From: Candidatus Uhrbacteria bacterium RIFCSPHIGHO2_02_FULL_46_47 | GTDB taxonomy: Bacteria > Patescibacteriota > Patescibacteriia > GWA2-47-26 | Direction of reading: 5' to 3' | DNA length: 64,000 nt | NCBI GenBank assembly: GCA_001790815.1 | Contig: MGDU01000022.1 | Location: forward strand, 108-64,107 | In this document: positions 27,069-37,990 of the stretch, one piece after another | How the letters are laid out: each line of letters opens with the position of its first letter | Numbering within the stretch: the first letter of the stretch is position 1 | Made by a program: the position numbers and the translations under genes | The notes under the pieces: model-generated | The model's input: only the letters and a program-made list of their open reading frames with translations | What the model was told of the DNA's origin: nothing | The model's database searches: none

Positions 27069-29369
27069 TCATTTAGATGGCCATTTTTCAACTATCAGCA
27101 TGGATTGCTTTTCTTTAGGCATTTGCTGCCAAATTGTTTCCGTAACAAACGGCATAAAAGGATGGAGGAGTTTAAGACAAGTGGCAAGGCAGGTATGAAG
27201 GATGTATTGAGCGGCCTTGCGATCACCCTCACCCTGCCCTCTCCCAGTCGCGGGAGAGGGATTGCGACCGGCTTCCTCTCCCCGTGTGGGAGAGGATTGA
27301 GGTGAGGGGATTTGTAGCCGTGGTTTCATTTGTTCAATGATTTTGTCCGCAAAAGTATGCCAGAAGTAATGGTAGAGCGTTTCGCCAGCATGATGGAATT
27401 CAAATTTATCCAAATGGCTGGTTACTTTTTTGGCCATGGCATCTAGTTCTTTAAGAGTTTTTTTGTCAGCCACAGTGAGTTTTACCCTCACCCTGCCCTC
27501 TCCCTTAGGGAGAGGGGTTGGGGAGAGGGGATCCAAATTCATCAAAACAAACCGGCTTGCATTCCAGATTTTGTTGGCAAAGTTGCGATAACCCTTGATT
27601 TTTTCTTCGGAAATAATAATATCGTTGCCCGCGGTGTTGCCAATTACGAGCGCCATGCGTAAAGCATCCGCGCCATATAAATCAATTACTCCCAAGGGGT
27701 CAATAACATTGCCCTTGGATTTGGACATTTTTTGCCGGTCTTTGTCGCGCACCAGTCCATGAAGATAAACATGTTCAAAGGGTACTTTACCCGTAACATA
27801 AAGTCCAAGCATGATCATCCGCGCTACCCAAAAAAATAGAATATCCCAGCCAGTTTCCATAACCGAGGTAGGATAAAAATCTTTAAAATCTTTGCCATTT
27901 GGATAACCCAAGGTTGCAAAAGGCCATTGCCCGGAAGAAAACCAAGTATCAAACACATCTGGGTCTTGTGTCCATCCTTCGTCTTTTGGCGGTTCGGTTC
28001 CGACGTAAATTTCCATGTCTCCCTCCCTTAAGATAAGGGAGGGTTGGGGAGGGTTATGACTCGCTCGTAACCCCTCCTCGCCTCCCCTTACCCTAAGGGG
28101 AGGAACCGAAGAGCGATACCAGACGGGAATGCGAATGCCCCAGACAATTTGTCGGCTGATATTCCAATCGCGCAAATTTTTCATCCAATGCATGAAAACT
28201 TTTTCCATGCGTTTGGGCACAAACTTAACCTCGCCTGTTTTTACCGCCTTGACCGCGCCGTCGCGAAGCGTGGCCATTTTGATATACCATTGCGGAAGCA
28301 GGCGCGGTTCAAGAATAGTTCCGCATTTGTAGCAAACCGCCACAGCGTGCACATACTGCTCATCAACTTTTTGGAGCAGTCCCGCCTCCTTGATATCCGC
28401 CACTACGGCCTCGCGCGCTTCTTTTACTTTCATGCCCCGATATTTTTCCGGCGCTGGTTCAGTCAGCTTGCCGAACTGATCAATAATCTGAATAATTGGT
28501 AGGTTATGTTTTTTGGCCAGCTCAAAGTCATTATGATCAACGCTGGGGGTCACTTTGACTGCACCGGTGCCAAAACCGGCCTCCACAGATTCATCCGCAA
28601 TAATAGGAATTTCTTTATTGATAAGTGGAATGCGTGCCATTTTCCCAATCAGGTTTTTGTAGCGCTTGTCTTTGGGATGTACGGCCACGGCCACATCGGC
28701 AAAAATTGGCTCTGGTCGAACTGTGGCAACCGTGAGTGGCCCATAATTAATGCAATACAGAGAATCCACGCGCTCTTCGTGTTTTACTTCCAAATCCGAA
28801 AGCGTGGTTTGGTGCTTTACACACCAATTCACTAAACGATTTTCGCGGTAAACTAAGCCATCATCATAAAGCCGCTTGAAAGTGGCGTAAACAGTTTTGA
28901 CAATATCAGGATCAAGGGTAAATTTTTCGCGCGACCAATCGCAAGAAGCGCCAAGTTTGCGCAGTTGCCCCTCCATGATTTTTTTATTCTCAAGAGTAAA
29001 ATCCAAGATTTCTTGGTACAGCTCAGCGCGCGGGATTGTAAACCAATTGCGTCCTTCTTTTTCCAGTTTTTTTTGATATACCACTTGTGTCTCAAATCCG
29101 GCATGATCCGCGCCCGGAAGCCAAAGAGTTTTATCTCCGCGCATGCGATGGAAGCGAGTCATGATATCCTGGAGTGTCACAAACACCGCATGGCCAATAT
29201 GCAAAGAGCCATTGGAATTAGGCGGGGGCATGATTATTGAAAAGGACTTAGTAGGTAGTACGTAGGACGTAGAATCGGGGTTGAAGGCATCTGAAGTCTC
29301 CCACATCTTGTATATGGAATCTTCATGCTCGCGAGCAATGTATTGTGAGGGCATTTCCTTGATTGACAT
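27069..29369 (-). CDS. valS: Valine--tRNA ligase (short form), with four in-frame repeat insertions
   Basis: PPPNSNGSLHIGHA, DWNISRQIVWG, DTWFSS, KMSKS, LHPFMPFVTE. Confidence 0.97.
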   Translation of the reverse strand: MSIKEMPSQYIAREHEDSIYKMWETSDAFNPDSTSYVLPTKSFSIIMPPPNSNGSLHIGHAVFVTLQDIMTRFHRMRGDKTLWLPGADHAGFETQVVYQKKLEKEGRNWFTIPRAELYQEILDFTLENKKIMEGQLRKLGASCDWSREKFTLDPDIVKTVYATFKRLYDDGLVYRENRLVNWCVKHQTTLSDLEVKHEERVDSLYCINYGPLTVATVRPEPIFADVAVAVHPKDKRYKNLIGKMARIPLINKEIPIIADESVEAGFGTGAVKVTPSVDHNDFELAKKHNLPIIQIIDQFGKLTEPAPEKYRGMKVKEAREAVVADIKEAGLLQKVDEQYVHAVAVCYKCGTILEPRLLPQWYIKMATLRDGAVKAVKTGEVKFVPKRMEKVFMHWMKNLRDWNISRQIVWGIRIPVWYRSSVPPLRVRGGEEGLRASHNPPQPSLILREGDMEIYVGTEPPKDEGWTQDPDVFDTWFSSGQWPFATLGYPNGKDFKDFYPTSVMETGWDILFFWVARMIMLGLYVTGKVPFEHVYLHGLVRDKDRQKMSKSKGNVIDPLGVIDLYGADALRMALVIGNTAGNDIIISEEKIKGYRNFANKIWNASRFVLMNLDPLSPTPLPKGEGRVRVKLTVADKKTLKELDAMAKKVTSHLDKFEFHHAGETLYHYFWHTFADKIIEQMKPRLQIPSPQSSPTRGEEAGRNPSPATGRGQGEGDRKAAQYILHTCLATCLKLLHPFMPFVTETIWQQMPKEKQSMLIVEKWPSK

Positions 29370-29522
29370 AGGTAGTCGCCGGTCTTTAGCCGGCGTAAAG
29401 GCGCAGCCTAAAGAGCTGCGACTACATTATAAAAAATTGTAATGGAAATTATAGCTTTTGACAAGCCGTCCACAGGAGGCACGGTTGACACATTGGTTCG
29501 GGGCGGGTATGCTACTCCGATT

Positions 29523-30683
29523 ATGCCAATGGATACATTACAGCAAATTGCGCAGAGATTGCGAGAGTCGGAACATACCCTTATTGTTTTTCCCTATGCT
29601 TCTGATGCTAAAGAAGGGGGCGATGCGCTGGGATCCGCGCTGGCTCTTTTTGGATATTTGAAAAAGATCGGCAAAAAAGCCGATATTGTGGCGCATGGAT
29701 TTGAACCCAGTGGACGGCTGTCTTTTCTCCCGCATGTGCAAAATGTGCAAGTGCAAATCGCGCGTCCGCAAAATTACACCTTGCGAATTAAAACCGCCAA
29801 TGCCAAATTAAAAGAGTTGAGCTATGGCATCAAGAACGACGCTTTGGAAATTTATTTAACTCCAGAGCATGGCGCGCTCTCTGATAAAGATATTGAACTC
29901 CAGCGCGGAAAATACAGTTATGACACAATTGTTACGCTTGATGCTCCGGATCTACCAACACTTGGCAAACTGTTTGAAGAACACTCTGAACTGTTTTATG
30001 GCACGCCCATCATCAACATTGATCATCATGCCGGCAATGAACAATACGGCCAAATCAATTTGGTGGATATCAATGCCGCGGCAACCGGCGAGGTTATGGC
30101 CGGGGTACTGCGCGCAATGGGAGCACACCATATTGACAGCGAGATTGCGACAAATCTTTTTGCCGCGATTTTTTTGAAAACACACGGATTTAAAAATCCA
30201 ACCATTACGCCAAATACGTTGAAACTGGCGGCTGAGCTTATTCAGCTTGGCGCGCGCCGGGAAGAAATTATGAAAAATGTGTTTCGCTCGCGCTCGCTGG
30301 CATCGCTTCGGCTGTGGGGCCGCGCGCTGGCACATCTGAAGCACGATCCGATTACCAAATTGACTTGGTCAACATTGACTACGCGCGAGATTTTAGAAAG
30401 TGGGGGAGATGTACGCGAGCTTCCGGATGTTATTGAAGAATTAATCTTTACTTCTCCAGAAGCTTCGCTGATGGCGCTTATTTATGAAGAAGCCGAGGGA
30501 CGCGTTTGTGTAATGCTGGCCAATAAAAAACCCCGCCAAGGCGGGGCGCATGCGCTTCCTTGGGACATTCTTGAGACCACCCATGGTCTTACCAAATATT
30601 GCCTTTTAAAACACGACCTTCTCTCCGCCGAGCGTGAAGTAGTAGAAAAACTAAACAGCACGCTCAAGTTACTTCCACATTAA
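29523..30683 (+). CDS. DHH-family phosphoesterase (NrnA-like)
   Basis: GDALGSAL, IVTLD, NIDHHAGN. Confidence 0.85.
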   Translation: MPMDTLQQIAQRLRESEHTLIVFPYASDAKEGGDALGSALALFGYLKKIGKKADIVAHGFEPSGRLSFLPHVQNVQVQIARPQNYTLRIKTANAKLKELSYGIKNDALEIYLTPEHGALSDKDIELQRGKYSYDTIVTLDAPDLPTLGKLFEEHSELFYGTPIINIDHHAGNEQYGQINLVDINAAATGEVMAGVLRAMGAHHIDSEIATNLFAAIFLKTHGFKNPTITPNTLKLAAELIQLGARREEIMKNVFRSRSLASLRLWGRALAHLKHDPITKLTWSTLTTREILESGGDVRELPDVIEELIFTSPEASLMALIYEEAEGRVCVMLANKKPRQGGAHALPWDILETTHGLTKYCLLKHDLLSAEREVVEKLNSTLKLLPH

Positions 30684-30736
30684 AATTGTGGATACAGTAG
30701 CTTGACTGTTCGTACTACTGGTTATATCATTGATAT

Positions 30737-31453
30737 ATGAAGTTACGATGGTACGAAAAATCAAAATGGCAAATACGAAAGCAAGAGGCAATGAAACTTC
30801 GTAAAAAAGGCCTGTCAATTGGCAAAATTGAACAGCGTTTAGGTATACGCCGCTCTACATTGAGCGGTTGGTTCCAAAATGTTCAACTCTCTAAAAAACA
30901 AAAAGAAAAATTACTGCACGATTGGAAGAACGGTTTAATAAAAGCGCGGAAGAAAGCTGTTCTTTGGCATAATGAGCAAAAAGACAAAAGATTGCAACAT
31001 GCAAAAGATGGGGCACTCAAAACACTAAAAAATTTAGATCTAAACAATCCACATACCTTTGAATTAGCATTAGCAATGTTATATCTTGGTGAAGGATCAA
31101 AGCGAAATGTAGAAACCGCCATTGGCAGTTCGGACCCGATGATTCTAAAATTTTTCCTAAAAGGATTGCAAAATTTGTATAATCTTGATTTAGAAAAAAT
31201 TAGATGCGAATTGTATTTAAGAGCTGACCAAGATCCGGGAAAAATGAAAAATTTTTGGGCGCGCGAACTCAAATTACCTTTAGGATCGTTCAAACAAGTA
31301 AATATAGATAAAAGGACGATAGGATCAAAAACTTATCCTCAATATAAGGGAGTCTGCAATTTGAGATGTGCAAATGTTGCAATACAAAGAAAACTAATTT
31401 TTCTAAGTGAATTATTTTGTAATGGCATTATAGACAAAACCATGCGTATATAG
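30737..31453 (+). CDS. HTH protein with a LAGLIDADG-like C-terminal region, adjacent to tRNA-Val
   Basis: HTH LRKKGLSIGKIEQRLGIRRSTLSGW; LAMLYLGEGSK...SSDPMILKFF; AT-rich. Confidence 0.6.
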   Translation: MKLRWYEKSKWQIRKQEAMKLRKKGLSIGKIEQRLGIRRSTLSGWFQNVQLSKKQKEKLLHDWKNGLIKARKKAVLWHNEQKDKRLQHAKDGALKTLKNLDLNNPHTFELALAMLYLGEGSKRNVETAIGSSDPMILKFFLKGLQNLYNLDLEKIRCELYLRADQDPGKMKNFWARELKLPLGSFKQVNIDKRTIGSKTYPQYKGVCNLRCANVAIQRKLIFLSELFCNGIIDKTMRI

Positions 31454-31468
31454 TTTAATAGTCCATAT

Positions 31469-31543
31469 GCGCGATTAGCTCAATGGTAGAGCGTTTCCTC
31501 GACACGGAAAAGGCTGAAGGTCCGATTCCTTCATCGCGCACCA
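31469..31543 (+). tRNA. tRNA-Val(GAC), CCA encoded
   Basis: GCGCGAT/ATCGCGC acceptor; TTTCC-TCGACAC-GGAAA anticodon arm (C at position 33); ACCA end. Confidence 0.88.
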
Positions 31544-31704
31544 AAATCCCCCGACCTATCGGGGATTTTTGTTTTTTGCTTTGAAGCAAGGCTTGACTTA
31601 AACCATGATTTATGTCAACATTGCGATGTTGCTCGGGATGGTCTCGGGCATCATACCCGCACTCGCGGCCTAGAAAACCGCGGTGCCAACCGTAGGAGGT
31701 TGCC

Positions 31705-32715
31705 ATGGATCTTTTCGAAAAGTCGTACCAAGAACTGCGCGAGGCCTTTGTCCGCGCGCGATTCGCCGAAGACAACATCTTCGGCCGGCCAGACATCGAG
31801 GAGTGGCTCGCCGGACAGCGAACTGCTTCAAGACCTGACTATTCAACGTGGATTGCGTTTGCTAAATGTCCCGAATGGTTCAACCACTTTGGGCTCGCGG
31901 GAACGCCAACGTATTCAGTCCTCGTCCGGGCTCTCAGTTGTTTCCCATCTGTCCCCATCAATCGCATCAATGCGCTGTATGGACATGAGATGGATGAGTG
32001 TTGTTACGTCGGCCGCATTGTAAAGCTCGTGGAAAGATGCCGACCAGAGACCATCTCTATGGCTGGCAATTCGGTGATCATGAGCTGTGGGGGAGAGATA
32101 TTGGTCATATCACTTCCCGATCACTCAGCGGCACAAGACGATAACAACATTTCGTTGCGAATTTCGTCAGACGTAACCTCTGCCCAAGTTTTGCGGGTGT
32201 TCATCGATCGATGGGCATCTCAAAACGACGAACGTGCAGAATACGCCCGCCATTTTCTCTGTAATGCTTTCGGCATGCACATCGCTCAAGTGCGGGGTTC
32301 TGCGGGACTTGCCTTCGACACTGCCGTCGCCGTGAGCGCGGACGGCACGAAAATCGTCCATGCGGATTGGGTGGTGGTCAAGACGCCATCGAAACAAATC
32401 ATCGTCTTCCCGGCTTCCGCATTCCATGCGCAGAAGGCACTGCGTCCGGATGACAGCCGCTTCGAGCGCATGTCAACCGAACGGCTGATCGATGAACGCG
32501 GTCTTGGCATGTGGACGACAGATGAGGCAATCGGTAAAGTAGCAAAACTTACATGGAATCGATACCCGGTTGGTCTACCCGATCAAGTAACCTCCGCAAT
32601 GCTACTTGATTTTCAAACAACCGGATGGAAACCACTGAAACAGCGTATCTACATGACCCATGCATCGCTCTGCCCTTCCCCACTCCCCGAGGGCGGCGTG
32701 GAAGTGGCGGTGTAG
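31705..32715 (+). CDS. Hypothetical protein (GC-rich, stand-alone)
   Basis: 336-aa ORF with an AGGAGG RBS and a downstream hairpin plus T-run at 32739-32786. Confidence 0.7.
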   Translation: MDLFEKSYQELREAFVRARFAEDNIFGRPDIEEWLAGQRTASRPDYSTWIAFAKCPEWFNHFGLAGTPTYSVLVRALSCFPSVPINRINALYGHEMDECCYVGRIVKLVERCRPETISMAGNSVIMSCGGEILVISLPDHSAAQDDNNISLRISSDVTSAQVLRVFIDRWASQNDERAEYARHFLCNAFGMHIAQVRGSAGLAFDTAVAVSADGTKIVHADWVVVKTPSKQIIVFPASAFHAQKALRPDDSRFERMSTERLIDERGLGMWTTDEAIGKVAKLTWNRYPVGLPDQVTSAMLLDFQTTGWKPLKQRIYMTHASLCPSPLPEGGVEVAV

Positions 32716-33144
32716 CTCCTTAGGATATGAAGTTCGTCCGCCGGCCGAGAAGACCATCGTGGTCAACTCGGCGGCGGCGTTTTTTTAATATCAAATAGAG
32801 TGATCAGATTTTCTGCGGCCGCAGAAAATCTGCCTATTTTTCTAGGAGGTAGTTTTAGAAATATTTTGTGTGTGTCTTACAAAAAAAATAAGGCCGAGCT
32901 CGTGTGAGTCGGCGAAGGAATCGGTGTACATAGTCGGCAGTAAAGAGCTTGTCTATCTAAGGACGTGCGTGGCGGCTTGGCTCAGCGAGAGAGCATGGAC
33001 GCGACGGTAGTGATCAGCTCGATCTGCCGATATAGCCTGCTACACTGCGCCAGACTGCTCCCCAGTCGCATGCACGCAGTCGTTTCTCAACTTCTGCAGG
33101 TGTGAGCTTCGGAAGGAGCTCCAGTTCTTGCGTTTCAGGTTTGC

Positions 33145-33342
33145 TCATGATGGTCTCCTAAAGCAGTGCTCAGTGGCGATTTTTTCCAGTGAGCGACGGC
33201 TGGCCTCGCGGTAGGCCTCGCATTCGGCTTGGGACCCCAATCTGACTCTCTCCCAGAACTCGTCCAAGTTCACCCCTGCCCGAATTCTATGAAGTGCCGC
33301 TTCGATCTCAGCTTGAGATGGCGTTGGTTTTGATTCTGGCAT
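33145..33342 (-). CDS. Small hypothetical protein (65 aa)
   Basis: GGAGGAG RBS before MPESKPTP; followed by an overlapping, probably frameshifted paralog at about 32953-33148. Confidence 0.55.
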   Translation of the reverse strand: MPESKPTPSQAEIEAALHRIRAGVNLDEFWERVRLGSQAECEAYREASRRSLEKIATEHCFRRPS

Positions 33343-33435
33343 GTCTCCTCCACAACCAGCATACAACGCATAGACAAAACTGTCAAAGTGGGCTACACTA
33401 TATAATGCGCCGGCTAAAGACCGGCGACTACATCT

Positions 33436-34680
<1,245 letters not shown>

Positions 34681-34682
34681 TA

Positions 34683-35054
34683 TTATTTTTTCTTCAGCCG
34701 TTTTTTTACGAGCGAGACTAGATCATTGATGTCCCATTCGCTTTTGACAAGATAATCAAACATCCCTTCGCGTATAACTTTTGAAATGGTATCCACATCC
34801 GAAAGATTAGTAAGAAAGATAATGGGAATATTTTTTGTGCCCGGATTATCTTGAAGTTTATGCATCATAGTAATGCCATCCATCTGTGGCATTACAATAT
34901 CAAGCAAAACAAGATCTGGTTTGTTCTCTTTAATTTTTTTCAGTCCTTCTTTGCCATTTCTCGCCGTGGTTACTTGAAATTGTTCTGCTTTAAGCGTTGT
35001 TTCAAGCGCCTCTAAAAGCGCGGCATCATCGTCTACAACTAAAATGTGTTGCAT
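34683..35054 (-). CDS. Single-domain response regulator
   Basis: LVVDDD, LLDIVMPQMDG, FLT, YLVK. Confidence 0.92.
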   Translation of the reverse strand: MQHILVVDDDAALLEALETTLKAEQFQVTTARNGKEGLKKIKENKPDLVLLDIVMPQMDGITMMHKLQDNPGTKNIPIIFLTNLSDVDTISKVIREGMFDYLVKSEWDINDLVSLVKKRLKKK

Positions 35055-35057
35055 ATA

Positions 35058-36641
35058 TCATGACATGGGCAATAATTTTTTAGTGCCTTCGCGGCGTTTG
35101 AGCCCGCCTTTAGGCAAGGATACCGTAAAAGTGCTGCCTTTGTTTTCTTGAGAAGTGAAACTTAATTTTCCGCCCAGCTCTTCAGCTATGGATTTGGTAA
35201 TGTAGAGTCCAAGTCCGGTTCCTTGCGGTTCTTTATCCAAAATGTTGCTGGCGCGAAAGAATTTGTCAAACAAGCGCGCTTGTTCTTTTTTCGGAATGCC
35301 GTAGCCATTATCAGACACTGATATTATAACACGTCCTTTGCGCTGTGCCAACCGCGCTGTAACATGTCCGCCTTTTGGAGTATAGCGGATGGCGTTGGTA
35401 AGCAGATTATTCAAAATTATATTGGCCAGATTGGCATCGGCTGTGGCCAAAATAGAAGTCAGCGCCTCGCCTTTAAGCGCGACACCATGTTCTTGCGCAA
35501 ACGGGCGCACCTCATCAACAGCACGCGCAAGGAGTTTTTTAAAGTCAATCGGTTTTGGCTCAATAGCAAGCGTTCCCATCTCAATTCGTGAAACATTTAA
35601 AAGCGCGCTCACCAGATCAACCATTCGTTCATTCGCGCTTTGGATTTGGGTAAAGGCGCGCTTTTGAGTAGGCGTGAATTTTTCAAGGCCGGCATTGGTT
35701 AAAATACGGGTATACCATTTGATTGCGGTAAGCGGAGTGCGCAGTTGATGAGAAGCCATGGAGATGAAGTCTGATTTGGCGCGATTCAGGCGCGCAAGTT
35801 CGGCGTCTACTTTCTTCACATCATCAAGAACGCGCTCGAGCACCATGCTTTTTTCTTTAAGCTGTTCATTGACAGTTTCAAGCTGGGCAGTGCGCTCCAC
35901 CACTTTCCGCTCTAGCCCTTCTTCGTATTCACGAAGCTGTATCGCCATGGCAGAAAATTCATCGGCCAGCAATTCTATTTCATCGCCGGTGCGGACGATA
36001 ATCGGCTCAAATTTTTTGTTTTGCATCATGGCGCGCGCGGCATTTGCCACGCGTGATACCGGGCCGGCAATTCCGCGAATAAAGAAAATTGCCAGAATAA
36101 CAAAGACCGCGCCAAATACGCTCCAAACTATAAGACTTTTGGTAATGAGCGGATACAGTTCATCAAAAAAGTCTTGCTCGGTCATCACAGAAACTAGATA
36201 GTAAGGGCCATAAGGAATGCTCACAAGATGGCGCATTTCTTCAAAGTCAACTGAAGCCCGCTTTTCGCCGCTCAAAATCCGCGCCACAATATCGCTCCAG
36301 CGCACAATATCTTTTAAATGGGTCTGGCCATCTGGGTGTGGTGTCAGTATCATTCCAGTTTGATCAATGGCAATGATATAACCGCGCTCGCCAATAGCAT
36401 ACGGCTTTACTAATCCCACAAAGGTGTCACTGTTTTCGATTAAAGGGCCTGTTTGTACAAGCTGATTAAGCGCGAATGTGGCGCGGTCGTAGAGTTGATG
36501 AGTTAATAAAATCTGGGCGTGTTTATAAGCAACCGGTACATAGACCAAAAATGCAAAAAATGACATGGCAATAACAATAATGGCGAGTTTCAATCGCAAT
36601 GGAAACGGTGTACGATGATTTTTATATTTGAAGAAAGGCAT
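35058..36641 (-). CDS. Sensor histidine kinase (Cache-like, HAMP, HisKA, HATPase)
   Basis: SHQLRTPL, NLLTNAIRYT, DNGYGI, GTGLGL. Confidence 0.94.
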   Translation of the reverse strand: MPFFKYKNHRTPFPLRLKLAIIVIAMSFFAFLVYVPVAYKHAQILLTHQLYDRATFALNQLVQTGPLIENSDTFVGLVKPYAIGERGYIIAIDQTGMILTPHPDGQTHLKDIVRWSDIVARILSGEKRASVDFEEMRHLVSIPYGPYYLVSVMTEQDFFDELYPLITKSLIVWSVFGAVFVILAIFFIRGIAGPVSRVANAARAMMQNKKFEPIIVRTGDEIELLADEFSAMAIQLREYEEGLERKVVERTAQLETVNEQLKEKSMVLERVLDDVKKVDAELARLNRAKSDFISMASHQLRTPLTAIKWYTRILTNAGLEKFTPTQKRAFTQIQSANERMVDLVSALLNVSRIEMGTLAIEPKPIDFKKLLARAVDEVRPFAQEHGVALKGEALTSILATADANLANIILNNLLTNAIRYTPKGGHVTARLAQRKGRVIISVSDNGYGIPKKEQARLFDKFFRASNILDKEPQGTGLGLYITKSIAEELGGKLSFTSQENKGSTFTVSLPKGGLKRREGTKKLLPMS

Positions 36642-36642
36642 C

Positions 36643-37362
36643 TTAGGAGTTTTTTGGGGATGGGAGTTTTTTAAGCCAAGGTTGAACTATTTCTCCCAAA
36701 ATAAAAAACATGAAAATCGCACCAAGCAGTCCCAACGTCATGACATTGACAAATCCCTTAGTTATTTCAGAAAAAGGCGCATTGATTTGAACAAAGGCAA
36801 TGATGAGTCCAGTAATGGCGCCGACAAAGGAGATCAAAATAAATCCAAGTCCGCAGATCAGCGGAAAAAAAAGCAGTTGTTTGCGCACGCGCGCAATTCG
36901 CGCTTGTTTTTCATCAATCTTTTGAAAATTGCGCATAATTGCCAAAAAATAATAATACAAAGCAAAAATAAAAATACTGCCGGCAACCGGCACTTCCCAT
37001 ATATAATTATTCATCAGAAGAATTTTACCGGCACGCGCAGGAATATAAAGGGCAAGATGTTCGTAAAGCGGCGCAAAGATCCAAAAAAGACTGGTCACAA
37101 TCATCCAGAGCACTACAAGAATACGGCGCGGAGAAAGCGGATCTTTTGGAATAGCGTAAGCAAGCGCGGGGATTAGGAATAGTAAAATACTCAAAGAAAG
37201 AAAAGCGAATATTTTGGAATTAATCGGAAGATTAATGTTTTCGCGCGCTAAGGTTAAGTAAAGGATCGCGCTTATCCAAGTCAGTCCGGCAAAGACAAAG
37301 AGAAGCGCACGCGCTAGGCGATAAGTTGGAGAGGTTTGGTATCGGTTTGTTTTTGCCTCCAT
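36643..37362 (-). CDS. Multi-pass membrane protein
   Basis: About 6 hydrophobic segments; translationally adjacent to the kinase gene. Confidence 0.75.
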   Translation of the reverse strand: MEAKTNRYQTSPTYRLARALLFVFAGLTWISAILYLTLARENINLPINSKIFAFLSLSILLFLIPALAYAIPKDPLSPRRILVVLWMIVTSLFWIFAPLYEHLALYIPARAGKILLMNNYIWEVPVAGSIFIFALYYYFLAIMRNFQKIDEKQARIARVRKQLLFFPLICGLGFILISFVGAITGLIIAFVQINAPFSEITKGFVNVMTLGLLGAIFMFFILGEIVQPWLKKLPSPKNS

Positions 37363-37486
37363 ACTGTTTTAAACAGTATAACACATATCCGCCTCTCCTG
37401 CCGATTAGTAAAAAATCGCCCGACGCGCTTCACACCTGCGGTAGGTGCAAAACACGCCGGGTTGGGGAGCGGGGGGGGGGTGAGAG

Positions 37487-37759
37487 CTACACGGCGGATG
37501 TTGAGGGGAAGGCGATCGCGCCTATGGGGTAGACCTTGCGATCTAGGATGATGTAGACTGCTTCGAGCTTCTGGACGACTTTGGGGTCGCGCCTGCAGTC
37601 AAGGCACGTCTCGGAGTGATTCGCTAGTGCGAGCGCTTTTTTTGCCACAGCACTCGCTCCTGGCGTGTGTGCTTCCGGGATCGTATTTGGGGCGTTGACG
37701 ATCCGGTCCATGAGTGCGACCGCTTCTTCGTGGTTGAGTACGAGGGTGGGGGTCGGCAT
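37487..37759 (-). CDS. Small hypothetical protein with an HxxxCxxC motif
   Basis: AAAAGGAG RBS; NHSETCLDCR. Confidence 0.55.
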   Translation of the reverse strand: MPTPTLVLNHEEAVALMDRIVNAPNTIPEAHTPGASAVAKKALALANHSETCLDCRRDPKVVQKLEAVYIILDRKVYPIGAIAFPSTSAV

Positions 37760-37853
37760 TGGCGGTCTCCTTTTTCCGCTCCAAAACAAAAGAGCGTTTG
37801 ATTGTGTAGTATGCGTTATATCATAAAAAGCCGCCTTTGTCAAGGCGGCTTTG

Positions 37854-37925
37854 TGGGCGCGCTAGGATTCGAACCTAGAACCGGTCGTGTATAAGACGAC
37901 AGCTCTACCGTTGAGCTACGCGCCC
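37854..37925 (-). tRNA. tRNA-Ile(UAU)
   Basis: Reverse complement GGGCGCG TAGCTCAACGGTAGAGC T GTCGT-CTTATAC-ACGAC CGGTTCTAGGTTCGAATCCTAG CGCGCCC A. Confidence 0.9.
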
Positions 37926-37990
37926 ATCTTTGGGCATGCTACCATGATTTCTTGAAAAAATCAAGGCAATCAAGTATAGTGGGTTAAGTT

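Noticed and set aside
36628-37176. 182-aa plus-strand ORF and the many other short overlapping ORFs in the track
   Set aside because: Antisense or off-frame to well-supported genes, with no recognisable motifs.
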